32,000 nucleotides of DNA from Candidatus Tremblayella phenacoccinincola (GTDB lineage: Bacteria; Pseudomonadota; Gammaproteobacteria; Burkholderiales; Burkholderiaceae), in assembly GCF_009805595.3 (NCBI RefSeq), contig NZ_VMQO03000002.1:1-32000 (forward strand). The letters are read 5' to 3'. Below the pieces are notes generated by a model. It was not told the origin of the DNA, searched no databases, and saw only the letters and a program-made list of their open reading frames with translations. Both the position numbers and the translations under genes were made by a program. This document shows positions 20,587-28,920 of the stretch, piece after piece (within the stretch, counting starts at the first letter, position 1; every line of letters begins with the position of its first letter).

Positions 20587-21990
20587 ATGAATAATATACT
20601 AATTAATAATATGCTTGAAAAGACTTTTAATAATATGTTTGGCTTTAAAAGAATAGTTTTAGCTTACAGTGGAGGATTAGATTCAACAGTATTACTTGAT
20701 ATGTTTACTATTATCTCGAGTAAAAAGAACAGCTTATTATCTAATGAATATCTATTGAATATACGAGCTATACATATTAACCATGGGCTTAGTTGTAATT
20801 CAAAGCTATGGTTGCTCCAATGTAGAGAACAATGTTTAAAACGTAATATTGCATTTAAAAGCATATGTTTATGTTTAAATAAGTATTATAAAGGAATAGA
20901 AAATACAGCTCGTGAAGAACGTTATGGAAAGCTAATTAATAGCTTATTACCAAGTGAGGTTTTAGTAACTGCGCATCATAACGATGAACAGATTGAATCT
21001 TTTTTTATAAACTTAAAGAGAGGCAGTGGCCCATTAGGTTTAGCTTCAATGGCTAATATTTCTTATTTCAAAAGCTCTTTTTTATTACGACCTTTATTGC
21101 AGTTTAGTAAATATCAACTAAAAACATATGCGAACACATTTAACTTATCTTGGGTTGAAGATGAAAGTAATAATGATGTTAAGTTTGAACGTAGCTTTTT
21201 ACGTTTAAAAATATTACCAACTTTAAAAGCCCGTTGGTTGAAGTTTAATAGTTCTGTTTCACGTAGTATATCAACCTTTTATGAGCAAGAATATTTAATA
21301 AATGAATTATTATCAAGCACTTTATTAAGATTAGTTAATTATGATGGTTCATTAAGTTTATTACCATTATTTAGTATGGATATTATTAAAAGATATGCTA
21401 TAATAAGACGTTGGTTAATTAGATTTGGTTCTAAGATGCCATCTAAAAAGAAAGTTCTTTATATCTGGAAGTATGTTATAAATAGTCGTTATGATTCAAA
21501 ACCAAGGTTAATACATAGTAATAATTACATATGCAGATTCCATAATAAGCTTTTCTATCTAGTAAAGAATAGGCTTTCTTCTTTTGATGAAGTTAATATT
21601 TCTTGGAACTCTTTTGAGGAACCTTTGAATCTACCTAAAAGCCTCGGTATTTTAGTTTGTTACTCCTTAATTCTAGGTACTAATTTAAGTAGGTCTAAAA
21701 GCTTTTCATATACTGTTAAAAGATTGGTAGTTAGTAATATTAGTTATATAGAGACACCTAGTTTTAATGAAAGTATAGCTATAAGAACTGGCAATATTAA
21801 CAGAAAGCTTTTTGATATAGAATATATTAGTTCATTAAAAATCCTATGTCAGAAGTTAGGTTCTCCTTTTTGGGTTAGAAATAAGATGCCATTATTATTC
21901 TTTAAAAGCACCTACATAGATACTATTGGGGCTTATACAACTAAATCTAATAAAAGTAATAGATGCCAGGTTTATTGGTATATGAAGTAA
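20587..21990 (+). CDS. tilS: tRNA(Ile)-lysidine synthetase
   Basis: PP-loop motif IVLAYSGGLDSTVLL near the N-terminus, then ..IHINHGL.., ..TAHHNDEQIESFFINLKRGSG... The start is moved to the ATG at 20587 (or 20611) because the upstream part of the track ORF covers tRNA-Glu. Very AT-rich. Confidence 0.85.
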   Translation: MNNILINNMLEKTFNNMFGFKRIVLAYSGGLDSTVLLDMFTIISSKKNSLLSNEYLLNIRAIHINHGLSCNSKLWLLQCREQCLKRNIAFKSICLCLNKYYKGIENTAREERYGKLINSLLPSEVLVTAHHNDEQIESFFINLKRGSGPLGLASMANISYFKSSFLLRPLLQFSKYQLKTYANTFNLSWVEDESNNDVKFERSFLRLKILPTLKARWLKFNSSVSRSISTFYEQEYLINELLSSTLLRLVNYDGSLSLLPLFSMDIIKRYAIIRRWLIRFGSKMPSKKKVLYIWKYVINSRYDSKPRLIHSNNYICRFHNKLFYLVKNRLSSFDEVNISWNSFEEPLNLPKSLGILVCYSLILGTNLSRSKSFSYTVKRLVVSNISYIETPSFNESIAIRTGNINRKLFDIEYISSLKILCQKLGSPFWVRNKMPLLFFKSTYIDTIGAYTTKSNKSNRCQVYWYMK

Positions 21991-22063
21991 TAGCTGCATA
22001 TTGCTAACTCATATTGGGGGGAAGGTTGGCTTATTCTCTGTTAGTTCTTCGTATAATAAAAGT

Positions 22064-22136
22064 AGCGGGAAACGAGACTTGAACTCGTGTCTCAATCTTG
22101 GCAAGATTGTATTTTAACCAACTAAACTATCCCCGC
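22064..22136 (-). tRNA. tRNA-Gly (anticodon GCC)
   Basis: The reverse complement GCGGGGATAGTTTAGTTGGTTAAAATACAATCTTGCCAAGATTGAGACACGAGTTCAAGTCTCGTTTCCCGCT folds as a cloverleaf, and its 3' half matches E. coli tRNA-Gly(GCC). Confidence 0.9.
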
Positions 22137-22263
22137 AGTTTCCTGCTAGTTTTTGGTTTCTGTCTGACTGATTGCTTTTTGAAATGTGCTACCACACCAT
22201 CAGCATCAGTTTCCATCAGAAGAAAGAAAGGAGGGGAGAAAGGGGGGGAATCCCCTTTTCTCT

Positions 22264-22345
22264 TGGTGGAGGAAGGATTCGAACCTTCGAAGTCTATGAC
22301 AGCAGGTTTACAGCCTGCCCCCTTTAATCACTCGGGAACTCCACC
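22264..22345 (-). tRNA. tRNA-Tyr (anticodon GUA), long variable arm
   Basis: The reverse complement GGTGGAGTTCCCGAGTGATTAAAGGGGGCAGGCTGTAAACCTGCTGTCATAGACTTCGAAGGTTCGAATCCTTCCTCCACCA is near-identical in architecture to E. coli tRNA-Tyr. Its first base is shared with the trpA stop codon. Confidence 0.92.
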
Positions 22346-23157
22346 TAGCTAAAACCATAAATACTAAGCTTAACTAAAAGCATATATATTAAGTAAAGCA
22401 TATGAAAAGAATTATATATGTTATTCTCAATAATGTTTATAACTGCCGATCCAGCTATAATGCCAGAAATATTATTCTTCAAAAGCCCGACCACCTGAAT
22501 ATAACTAAATATACCAAACCCTTGTAATATTGGCACAGAATAATAATAACCTAAACCCTTAACAGAGTTAACTAATGGTAACTTTAGGTTAGTTTCAATG
22601 CCTGTAATACCAAGCTTTGATAATAGGTAGATATATAAAGAGCTACAAAGAACTATTTTCTTTAGTAGTCTTAAAGAAGTTAAAGGAGGACATATGTATA
22701 TAAAATATAATAAATATAAAACAAAATACTTATAAACCCATCTGCTTTCTTCTAAAGGCATATCAACAATAATAATAGAATCAGTTTTTATATATGAGCA
22801 ATAAGAGCAAAAGATCCTTATTCCAAAGTTAAAAGCTAAGTTACTATACATTAACAACCCAATAGGAATGTATGGAAACCGATGCCTAATAAAAGATAAA
22901 GACTTAAAACAATTAAAAGACTTAATACCTATGTTAATAACTCGAAAAGCAGTCCTTTGAATAATTGGTCCATCTGCTAAAGGATCAGAAAATGGAATAC
23001 CTAATTCTAAAGCAACAATACCAGATAAGATAAAGTTACTAACCACTTTTATAAACATGCTTTGATTAGGTTCACCAATTACATTAAAAACAATAAAAGA
23101 GATTTTATTTCTTCTAAATAAAGAATAAAAAGCTTCTCTATATCGGTTAAGTTTCAA
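22345..23157 (-). CDS. trpA: Tryptophan synthase alpha chain
   Basis: 270 aa with [58 protein letters not shown] and [13 protein letters not shown], colinear with E. coli TrpA. Strongly I/L/F/Y-enriched. Confidence 0.92.
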   Translation of the reverse strand: MKLNRYREAFYSLFRRNKISFIVFNVIGEPNQSMFIKVVSNFILSGIVALELGIPFSDPLADGPIIQRTAFRVINIGIKSFNCFKSLSFIRHRFPYIPIGLLMYSNLAFNFGIRIFCSYCSYIKTDSIIIVDMPLEESRWVYKYFVLYLLYFIYICPPLTSLRLLKKIVLCSSLYIYLLSKLGITGIETNLKLPLVNSVKGLGYYYSVPILQGFGIFSYIQVVGLLKNNISGIIAGSAVINIIENNIYNSFHMLYLIYMLLVKLSIYGFS

Positions 23158-24346
23158 GCTTCTCCTTAATATTTAAAAAGTTAGAAACATTAAATATATC
23201 TTTATCTCCTCTACCTGATAAATTAACCACCAATAGTTGCTTTTTATTTGGATTATTTTTAATAACTTTTAAAACATAAGCTATAGCATGAGAAGACTCT
23301 AAGGCTGGTATTATACCTTCATAATAAGACAGCTTTTTAAATGCCATTAATGCTTCATAGTCAGTAATAGAAATGTATTTAACGCGTTTAACCTCATGAA
23401 TAAAAGCATGTTGAGGTCCAACTGAAGGAAAGTCAAGCCCAGCAGATAAAGAATATGAAGTTTTTATTTGGCCATTAGTAGATTGTAAAATAGGAGAACT
23501 CATTCCAAAATATATACCAAAACGTCCTTTACTAACAGAAGAACCATGTCTTTCAGAGTTAACACCTTTTCCTCCAGGTTCAACACCTACTAAAGATACT
23601 CTATTGTTTTTTATAAAGCTAGAAAAAATACCAATAGCATTTGAACCACCTCCAACACAAGCAACTATTGAATCAGGAAAACAGCTTTCATACATCAGTA
23701 TTTGCTTTTTTAATTCTTCACCAATTAACCATTGAAACTCATGTACTAAAAAAGGAAATGGATAAGGACCTGCGACAGTTCCTAACATATAATGAGAATA
23801 GTTATAGCTATTAGACCAATCCCGTAATGCCTCATTACAAGCATCTCTTAAAGTAGCAGAGCCATTAAAAACTGGAATAACTTTTGCTCCCATTAGTTTC
23901 ATTCTAAAAACATTAGGAGACTGCCTCTCCATATCCTTTGCCCCCATATAAACCCGGCATTTTAAGTTTAATAACGCAGATACTATTGAAGAAGCCACAC
24001 CATGTTGACCCGCCCCAGTCTCAGCTATAACTTCCTTTTTTCCCATATATTTAGCTAGCAAGGCTTGGCCAATAACTTGATTAGTTTTATGTGCCCCTCC
24101 ATGCAAAAGATCCTCGCGTTTCAAATATATCTTAGCATTAGAACCTAAAGCAATATTGTTACATAGCGTTAGTGGAGTTGCTCTTCCAGAAAAATAATTG
24201 AATAATCTCCTAAATTCCAATTGAAATAACCTATCATTTTTAGCTTTTAAAAAAGTAGCTTCTAATTTAAATAGAGTAGGAATAAGAACCTGAGGTACAA
24301 ATATACCACCATATTTACCATAAAAGCAGTTAAACTTCATTATCAT
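23147..24346 (-). CDS. trpB: Tryptophan synthase beta chain
   Basis: 399 aa with [64 protein letters not shown] and [13 protein letters not shown]. Very close to E. coli TrpB throughout. Confidence 0.97.
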   Translation of the reverse strand: MIMKFNCFYGKYGGIFVPQVLIPTLFKLEATFLKAKNDRLFQLEFRRLFNYFSGRATPLTLCNNIALGSNAKIYLKREDLLHGGAHKTNQVIGQALLAKYMGKKEVIAETGAGQHGVASSIVSALLNLKCRVYMGAKDMERQSPNVFRMKLMGAKVIPVFNGSATLRDACNEALRDWSNSYNYSHYMLGTVAGPYPFPFLVHEFQWLIGEELKKQILMYESCFPDSIVACVGGGSNAIGIFSSFIKNNRVSLVGVEPGGKGVNSERHGSSVSKGRFGIYFGMSSPILQSTNGQIKTSYSLSAGLDFPSVGPQHAFIHEVKRVKYISITDYEALMAFKKLSYYEGIIPALESSHAIAYVLKVIKNNPNKKQLLVVNLSGRGDKDIFNVSNFLNIKEKLET

Positions 24347-24407
24347 TCTCTATATATCTATTTATAATAAAGCTAATATTAAAATATAGTTAGTAAAAAA
24401 GATGCTT

Positions 24408-25778
24408 TTAATAAGTTCTTATTCTTTCAAAAGAAGAATATAGCTTTATATAGCTCTTACTACTAAAACCCATTTCCAGTTTAGAATTAAGATCTAATCC
24501 AAAGCAATCCAAACGAGCAGCATATGCACAGTTTAATTCTGACAAACCACCAGCTAAAATGACATCACAAATATCTACACCATCAACTAAAGACCAATCA
24601 AATAGGCTTCCACATCCACCTCCACAATCAAGTAAACAATTACTTATTTGAAATAGGCTTAAAAATGATAACTGAAACCTAACATTAAATGCTTTCCAAA
24701 TAAGACAAGAAAAAGGTAGCTGTTGTCGCAATATATTTATGTAGGTTTGTTCTTCAAAGCCATGTAGCTGTATAACTCTAAGTCTAATAGTTTTAGATAT
24801 TAAAGAAACAAACGGAACTAACTTATTATCAAATACCCCTACATAACTTAAAGAAATAACTGAAGATATAATATTAGCTTTTGTTATAGTTAAAAAACGA
24901 GAAGAGTTACCAATAAATATTAAACCACCATAAAAAGAACCAATAGTATGAGTATTTATAATATCAACTTCATTTAATAAACCGCATATCTTATTCTTTC
25001 CAAATAGCATTCGATAAAAAGAAGTATTCAAATTAGGTTCAGAATTTATGGAAGTGCCAATAAGAAACCCATTAACATAATAACTTAGACTTACTATTTC
25101 TTGATAGCTTAAAATACCAGACTCACTAACAATAATAAGCTTAGTTGATATTTCAGGAGCTAAAACAATTGTATTAGATACATTAACTAGAAAGCTATCC
25201 AAATTACGGTTATTTATACCAATTACTTTTATATTAAACTTTATAGTTCTTTGTAGTTCATTTCTATCTATTATTTCAGTTAATACACCCATATTTAAAC
25301 TATTAGCCACAGAATATAACTCAATATAAAGACTATCTTTAAGAGCTGACAACAGTAACAAAATAACATTAGCACCATAAAAACGAGCTAAGTAGATTTG
25401 CCATGCATCAATAATAAAGTCTTTACATAATATAGGCTGTTTCACTAAACTACTAACTCTATATAAAAAGCTAAAGCTACCAAAGAAATGTTTTTCATCA
25501 GTTAAAACTGATATCACAGAAGAGAAGCTTTTACATATCTTAGAAAATAGATGAAGCCTATATTTAGAGAGTTTACCTATTTTTCCTTTAGATGGAGAAT
25601 GGCTTTTGTATTCTATAATAAATATTGTTTTATTACTAGAGAGCACATTATAAAAGCTACGTTTATTTAAGCTAATATATTGTTGAAATAAACCTAAATG
25701 TTGATGGTTCTTATATATATATACCCAAAGCTTTTTAGCTCTTATAATACTATTAAGGATATGTCTATTATTCATCAA
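24408..25778 (-). CDS. trpC: Bifunctional indole-3-glycerol-phosphate synthase / phosphoribosylanthranilate isomerase (fused TrpC-TrpF)
   Basis: 456 aa against 453 for the E. coli fusion. The N-terminal half is IGPS-like (..FIIEYKSHSPSKG.., ..ISVLTDEKHFFGS.., ..PILCKDFIIDAWQIYLARFYGANVILL.., ..GINNRNL..). The C-terminal ~200 aa is PRAI-like (..KICGLLN.., ..YGGLIF.., ..VIQLHG.., ..ILAGGL..). Confidence 0.88.
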   Translation of the reverse strand: MMNNRHILNSIIRAKKLWVYIYKNHQHLGLFQQYISLNKRSFYNVLSSNKTIFIIEYKSHSPSKGKIGKLSKYRLHLFSKICKSFSSVISVLTDEKHFFGSFSFLYRVSSLVKQPILCKDFIIDAWQIYLARFYGANVILLLLSALKDSLYIELYSVANSLNMGVLTEIIDRNELQRTIKFNIKVIGINNRNLDSFLVNVSNTIVLAPEISTKLIIVSESGILSYQEIVSLSYYVNGFLIGTSINSEPNLNTSFYRMLFGKNKICGLLNEVDIINTHTIGSFYGGLIFIGNSSRFLTITKANIISSVISLSYVGVFDNKLVPFVSLISKTIRLRVIQLHGFEEQTYINILRQQLPFSCLIWKAFNVRFQLSFLSLFQISNCLLDCGGGCGSLFDWSLVDGVDICDVILAGGLSELNCAYAARLDCFGLDLNSKLEMGFSSKSYIKLYSSFERIRTY

Positions 25779-25780
25779 TC

Positions 25781-26776
25781 TTACTTTATTTTAGCTAAGG
25801 AAATAACTTTAGCATAAGACTTACTGCTAAACATTTCTTTTAGAGAGCTACTAATAGTTTTTAATATAGTCCTACTACTAAACACCTTAAATAAAAGTGA
25901 AGCATTACTTGCTATATATATTATTCTTTGCCGATTACCCTTACCTTTTAGTAATCTATTTAAACTATATAGCCTATTTATATTAGAAATGTTATAGATA
26001 TCTTCTACATATTGAATATCTAATTTAAAGTCTAAGCTTGTTAGTAGATAATTATCTTTTAGTTTATTTTTAACTTCTATAACCTTTGTTGGAAAATGTA
26101 ATACAAGTTCATCTAGGCCTCCACCACATATAGCTATAGCATAGCTATAACTAAATATTGTTATTAGCTTAGCTATAAAAGCAAACAAATAACAATCATA
26201 TATTCCTACTATAATTAATGAAGGCATAGAAGGGTTAATTAATGGACCAACTATATTAAAAACTGTGTTAACTTTAATTCTATTTCTTAACTTAATTAAA
26301 AGCTTTAGAGTAATATGATATTTTACTGCTAACAAAAAGCAATAGTTTGTTTTATCAAATATTATTCTAGAATGGACAGGAGCTATGTTTAAGTTTATGT
26401 TAAAAAATGATATTAAATCTGAAGAACCAAAGCTATAGTTACTACGGTTTCCATGCTTTATAATACTAACTCTACAACCTGATGCAACTATAGAACTAAT
26501 AGTTGATATATTTAAGCTATTAGCAGCATCACCCCCAGTTCCAACTATATCACTAAATAAAGAATAAGGACGAGGAAAATAAATAGAATTAGCTAATAAA
26601 GAAATAATAATGCCTAAAACCTCATTCAAATACTCTCCACGTGCTTTTATATTAAAAAACAATAATAATAATTCATTTGCATAAAACCCATAAAAGCATT
26701 TAGTCTTAAAGAAGTTCATAGTTCGATAATAAGATATAGCTCTATAATATATAAAGCTTTGTATATTATTTTCCAT
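25781..26776 (-). CDS. trpD: Anthranilate phosphoribosyltransferase (stand-alone, not fused to TrpG)
   Basis: 331 aa with DIVGTGGDAANSLNISTISSIVASGCRVSIIKHGNRS, TVFNIVGPLINP and GGGLDEL. Confidence 0.88.
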   Translation of the reverse strand: MENNIQSFIYYRAISYYRTMNFFKTKCFYGFYANELLLLFFNIKARGEYLNEVLGIIISLLANSIYFPRPYSLFSDIVGTGGDAANSLNISTISSIVASGCRVSIIKHGNRSNYSFGSSDLISFFNINLNIAPVHSRIIFDKTNYCFLLAVKYHITLKLLIKLRNRIKVNTVFNIVGPLINPSMPSLIIVGIYDCYLFAFIAKLITIFSYSYAIAICGGGLDELVLHFPTKVIEVKNKLKDNYLLTSLDFKLDIQYVEDIYNISNINRLYSLNRLLKGKGNRQRIIYIASNASLLFKVFSSRTILKTISSSLKEMFSSKSYAKVISLAKIK

Positions 26777-26855
26777 TGTTGTATGGGATTTTCGTTTTAA
26801 TAACTAAATAAATAATAAGCTACTGCAATCTTGTTGGGAAAGCCTCCCATATATA

Positions 26856-26927
26856 TTCTCTGTAGTTCAGTGGTAGAACGGTGGGCTGTTAACCCGCGTG
26901 TCACTGGTTCGAATCCAGTCAGAGGAG
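26856..26927 (+). tRNA. tRNA-Asn (anticodon GUU)
   Basis: TTCTCTGTAGTTCAGTGGTAGAACGGTGGGCTGTTAACCCGCGTGTCACTGGTTCGAATCCAGTCAGAGGAG is colinear with E. coli tRNA-Asn. Confidence 0.92.
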
Positions 26928-26962
26928 CATCATAGTTCATATGTTTATATGTTTATATGTTG

Positions 26963-27034
26963 AGGGTCGTTAGCTCAGTGGTAGAGCAGTTGACTTTTAA
27001 TCAATTGGTCGCAGGTTCGACACCTGCACGACTC
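26963..27034 (+). tRNA. tRNA-Lys (anticodon UUU)
   Basis: GGGTCGTTAGCTCAGTGGTAGAGCAGTTGACTTTTAATCAATTGGTCGCAGGTTCGACACCTGCACGACTCA is nearly identical to E. coli tRNA-Lys. Confidence 0.93.
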
Positions 27035-27095
27035 AACCTATAAGAAACATAAGATAATTAATCATATAAGAATTCCCCCAATAAACCAATAAGTA

Positions 27096-28046
27096 TTAAG
27101 CTATAGTATCCCCGATATCAAATATTTTCTTATTTGTATTTTTAAAATCATTAGCTGATATTACAGGCCTACCTTCTAATTGTATTTTAGAAGCTGCTAA
27201 TACACCAAACCCGGTAGTTAAATATATTCCTCTTTTATTAACAGCTAAAACTAGACCAGGCCTAAGCATTTTATTCTTATATTCAACATATGCTTCTAAT
27301 ATCTTTATTCTTATCTTCCTAATAAATAGAAAGCTACCAGGCCAATATATAAAGGCTCGAATATGTTTTTCTAAAATAAAAGCAGGTAAACACCAATTTA
27401 ATAAACCTTCTCTTATATATGCTTTATTAGCATAGACAGCAACCTTTTCAGTTTGATAAATATATGATATATTGCCACTAAATAACTTTAGCAAAAAGCC
27501 TCTTAATAGGCCTATACTTATTAAAACTAACTTTCTACTTAAAGTAATATGATCATCATTATAACTTATTATACATGGTTTTTTAAGCAATGTTGGACCA
27601 GTGTCTATTCCATTATCCATTTGAATAATAGTAACACCTGTTTTATTATCTCCTGAATATATAGCTCTTTGAATAGACGCAGAGCCTCTCCATCTAGACA
27701 AAAGAGATAAATGAATATTAATACAACCAAACCTTGGTAATCTTAATATTCTATTTGGCAAAGCTAACCCATATGAAACAACTATTATAACATCAGCTTT
27801 TATAGCTTTAATAATTCTAAATAGCTCTTCATTAAAACCTAAAGCCTGAAAAGAGTCTATATTATTTTCTAATGCTATTTTTAATACTGGCCTTTCATAT
27901 AGGTTGTTATTTGAAAAGCTAGGCTTAGTTAAGATACTTATTACATTGCACTTTAAATCTAATAGGCTTTTCAAATGCATCGCAGATAACTCTGAGCTGC
28001 CAGCAAATACAATACGATAAATCCTAAATAATTCTTTAGTTATCAT
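27096..28046 (-). CDS. fmt: Methionyl-tRNA formyltransferase
   Basis: 316 aa with N-terminal IVFAGSSELS, then ..VIIVVSYGLALP.., GCINIHLSLLSRWRGSASIQRAI and TGVTIIQMDNGIDTG. It lies downstream of def with a 4-nt overlap. Confidence 0.9.
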   Translation of the reverse strand: MITKELFRIYRIVFAGSSELSAMHLKSLLDLKCNVISILTKPSFSNNNLYERPVLKIALENNIDSFQALGFNEELFRIIKAIKADVIIVVSYGLALPNRILRLPRFGCINIHLSLLSRWRGSASIQRAIYSGDNKTGVTIIQMDNGIDTGPTLLKKPCIISYNDDHITLSRKLVLISIGLLRGFLLKLFSGNISYIYQTEKVAVYANKAYIREGLLNWCLPAFILEKHIRAFIYWPGSFLFIRKIRIKILEAYVEYKNKMLRPGLVLAVNKRGIYLTTGFGVLAASKIQLEGRPVISANDFKNTNKKIFDIGDTIA

Positions 28047-28504
28047 CTATCTATGATTAGGTTCCCAAATAAATGTTCTATTTCATGTTGAATACATATA
28101 GATAAAATACCATTAGTTCTTATTCTATATGTATAACCTTTTTCATCAAAAGCGCTAATATAGATACTTTTATATCTAACTACAAGAGCTACAAAGTTAG
28201 GAATAGATAAACAGCTTTCTTCAGAATAAGTCTTCCCACTACCTTCCAATATTTCAGGGTTAACTAAAACAAGCTTACTATTTTTATTAGGTTTAGCTTC
28301 TATATTAGGTTTAGAAATATCAATAACAATAATTTGTTTATGTATATCAACCTGAGTAGCGGCAAGGCCAATGGCATTATTAAAATACATAGTTTCAAAC
28401 ATATCATTTAATATTTTAAGGATATTATTATCGAACTTAACAACAGGCTCAGCAGTTTTCCTTAGCTTTTCATCTGGGTATTTCAATATGTTTAATAATG
28501 CCAT
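28043..28504 (-). CDS. def: Peptide deformylase
   Basis: Start taken at Met11 of the track ORF (MALLNILKYPDEKLRK.., aligning with E. coli SVLQVLHIPDERLRK). It has motifs GLAATQV, ESCLS (EGCLS in E. coli) and QHEIEH (QHEMDH). GGGGGGAAT lies 9-11 nt upstream. The C-terminal helix is truncated relative to E. coli. Confidence 0.9.
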   Translation of the reverse strand: MALLNILKYPDEKLRKTAEPVVKFDNNILKILNDMFETMYFNNAIGLAATQVDIHKQIIVIDISKPNIEAKPNKNSKLVLVNPEILEGSGKTYSEESCLSIPNFVALVVRYKSIYISAFDEKGYTYRIRTNGILSICIQHEIEHLFGNLIIDR

Positions 28505-28554
28505 AATATAACATTCCCCCCATAGACTTCGCAATAGGCAAGACTATTAGATAA

Positions 28555-28636
28555 TGCCCAAAGTGGGATTCGAACCCACACAGCGGAAGCCGAGGGATTT
28601 TAAGTCCCTTGTGTCTACCCATTCCACCATTCGGGC
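28555..28636 (-). tRNA. tRNA-Leu (anticodon UAA)
   Basis: The reverse complement GCCCGAATGGTGGAATGGGTAGACACAAGGGACTTAAAATCCCTCGGCTTCCGCTGTGTGGGTTCGAATCCCACTTTGGGCA is a class II tRNA resembling E. coli leuZ. Confidence 0.9.
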
Positions 28637-28645
28637 TAAGTCATA

Positions 28646-28716
28646 AGGCGTGTCCCGGATTTGAACCGAGATTGCTGGGTTTGCAGCCCAATACATAACC
28701 ATTCTGTCAACACGCC
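28646..28716 (-). tRNA. tRNA-Cys (anticodon GCA)
   Basis: The reverse complement GGCGTGTTGACAGAATGGTTATGTATTGGGCTGCAAACCCAGCAATCTCGGTTCAAATCCGGGACACGCCT folds as a cloverleaf. It lies 9 nt upstream of tRNA-Leu(UAA). Confidence 0.9.
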
Positions 28717-28803
28717 AGGCTTATTAATTTAAAAGCTATCAGTTAAATATTAAGGGAAAGGTTTGGTTTCATTCTACTGTATTCCCCCCACTTCTCCTTC
28801 TCA

Positions 28804-28900
28804 ACCACATAGTACTACGCTACCACATAGCATCATCTTCACCTCCCACCCCATATTAACTACAATATAATATAACAATATAATACCTAATAATATACAA
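28804..28900. other. Candidate vestigial origin-like spacer upstream of mnmG: ACCACATAG x2 plus tandem AT-rich 13-mers
   Basis: ACCACATAG lies at 28804..28812 and 28822..28830. The tandem 13-mers acaatataatata (28862..28874) and acaatataatacc (28875..28887) are followed by taataatatacaa. The position relative to mnmG mirrors E. coli gidA-oriC. The region could equally be just the mnmG promoter. Confidence 0.25.
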
Positions 28901-28920
28901 CAAGAAGTTGGAGCTTATAT

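Noticed and set aside
22098-22352. 84-aa plus-strand ORF.
   Set aside because: It runs antisense through tRNA-Gly and tRNA-Tyr and the purine-rich spacer between them, so it is spurious.
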